Notes under the pieces: model-generated | Seen by the model: only the letters and a program-made list of their open reading frames with translations | What the model was told of the DNA's origin: nothing | Databases searched by the model: none | Assembly (NCBI RefSeq): GCF_009914755.1 | Contig: NC_060930.1 | Length of the DNA stretch: 64,000 bases | Reading direction: 5' to 3' (one strand) | DNA from: the human T2T-CHM13v2.0 reference genome, Homo sapiens | Part shown: one piece after another, positions 62,644 through 64,000 of the stretch | How the letters are laid out: the number at the start of each line of letters is the position of its first letter | Numbering within the stretch: the first letter of the stretch is position 1 | Translations under genes and position numbers: made by a program

Positions 62644-62985
62644 TGTAGTGAAGAATTAATTTCACCCAAGGAGAGGCCTGGCCTTTGCCTTCAGCTACTG
62701 GGAGGTATCTCTAGACACTTGGAACACCATGCCTAATAGGAGTGTCTTTGTTTGCCTGGGGCTCTGGTTACCTGAACAGTCTAACAATGTGATTTGTGAT
62801 CAGAGATCTAGGCCACGTGGTATCATTTCCACCTCCAAATGTCAGCCACATGGGCAGCATGTGATGGAGTACCAGTAAAAACTCTGGCTCACCAAAGGCT
62901 TGGGTGAGCTTCCCTGGTTGGCAGTACCCCATGTGTACTGTCACTTGTCAGTGTCAGCAAAGTAATGCTGCCCATGACTTCCTCG
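62644..62985 (+). mobile_element. MER21-family LTR fragment
   Basis: GGCCTTTGCC...CTGGGAGGT...GAGTGTCTTTGTTTGCCTGGG...AAAAACTCTGG...GTGAGCTTCCCTGGTTGGCA. Confidence 0.75.
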
Positions 62986-63072
62986 GGAGTATTTTCCTGT
63001 CTAGTTAATCCCCACTCAAATTCACCCCTCTGCTCGGACCATGTTTCTTGGTTCATGTCCCCATCTCCACCC

Positions 63073-63215
63073 CTAGGCACAAAATTTAAAGGGCACAAAA
63101 TTTAAAGAGGCCTCACTTTCAGGGCTGACCCCACATTTGCATGACCCTGAGAATGAGCACCTCCTTATCATTTGTGTCCTCAGCCCTTGCTTGCCTCACC
63201 CTGGTCCCAGCCCTG
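63073..63215. mobile_element. MER96-like hAT-Tip100 element with an internal 16 bp tandem duplication
   Basis: GGCACAAAATTTAAAG twice; ends TTGCCTCACCCTGGTCCCAGCCCTG. Confidence 0.7.
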
Positions 63216-63269
63216 AATTCCAGTCTCCTGGCCCCTCCCCTCCTCTCCCTGCTGATCCTCAGGACTTTT

Positions 63270-63620
63270 AGCCATAATCACATCTTGCCTTTTTAGAAAC
63301 ACTCCATTCACACTCATGGCCTCCTAGACTTCTTCCCATGAGAAGCAGTTTCTTCCAGACTGCAGGTTTCAAACATATTATTCTGCCTGCCTGGAATACC
63401 ACCCCACCTCTCACCAACCTAAAATCCTCATGACTAATTCCTCCTCAGTCCTCTGTGCTCAGCTTAAATATCACCTGTGCTGATACTTACTCCTAATTCC
63501 CCCAGAGTAAGTCAGATGCCCTGTTACATACTCTTGAAAAGCATTGTATCACAGTTGCAACTAATTATTTGTGTCATTATTTGGTAGATGGCCATCAGGC
63601 TACATGTTATGTAAAGCTAG
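63270..63620 (+). mobile_element. L2 3' fragment
   Basis: CTGCCTGGAATA...CTCAGCTTAAATATCACCT. Confidence 0.7.
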
Positions 63621-63621
63621 G

Positions 63622-64000
63622 TATACCAGTCAGACTGGAAGGAAACACATGGTGTATTTTAATGGGGTAATTGATTTGAGAGTTTGAGGCACCCCAGGGG
63701 TAGCAAGAGTGTGAAGCCATTACTTCTCCAAGGCTTGAAGGGGAAAGAAGAGAGAGTGGTTCCTAGAAACTAGGGAGATCTGTGGGTATTCTAGGAGAAA
63801 TAGCAGCTGTGGCCTTGGGAAGAGGAACGCAGACCCTGCCAGCCTACAGAGCAGCAGGGAAGAAACGAGGGGGATAAATGTCTCAGCCTCTATGGCTAAA
63901 CCCAACTAGATACAAGAAGGCAGGAAGCTCAGGTGATGCAGTTCATACCGTTCACCCTTCGGGGCACAGGGCAGGGTGGAGGAGGATGGAGAAAAAACCT
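63622..64000 (-). mobile_element. LTR33-family solo LTR (runs off the window end)
   Basis: CCAGTCAG...GGAAACACATGG...AGCTGTGGCCTT...GGGGCACAGGGCAGGGTGGAG. Confidence 0.8.

Overview
Primate, very likely human, non-coding DNA (intergenic or deep intronic). It carries AluJ/S/Y, L1PA/L1PB/L1M, L2, MIR, MaLR/ERVL solo LTRs (MSTA, THE1A/D, MLT1, MLT2, LTR16, LTR33, MER21) and hAT DNA-transposon relics. I find no credible protein-coding exon, RNA gene, CRISPR array or operon-like system; the ORF track is explained by repeats and chance. Repeat family names come from recalled consensus sequences, so subfamily calls and the edges of old elements are approximate. What the repeats do not explain: (1) two separate arrays, 14 kb apart, of a 38-39 bp minisatellite whose unit looks like a piece of the L2 3' end; (2) an 86 bp, 94%-identical dispersed duplication; (3) an orphan CpG-rich island at about 34.9-35.8 kb; (4) several repeat-free, AT-rich, homeodomain/POU/TCF-motif-rich blocks that look like the enhancers of a developmental gene desert; (5) a candidate MIR-derived exon and recursive-splice-like junctions. 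I cannot identify the locus, and I cannot support a claim of a new biological system.
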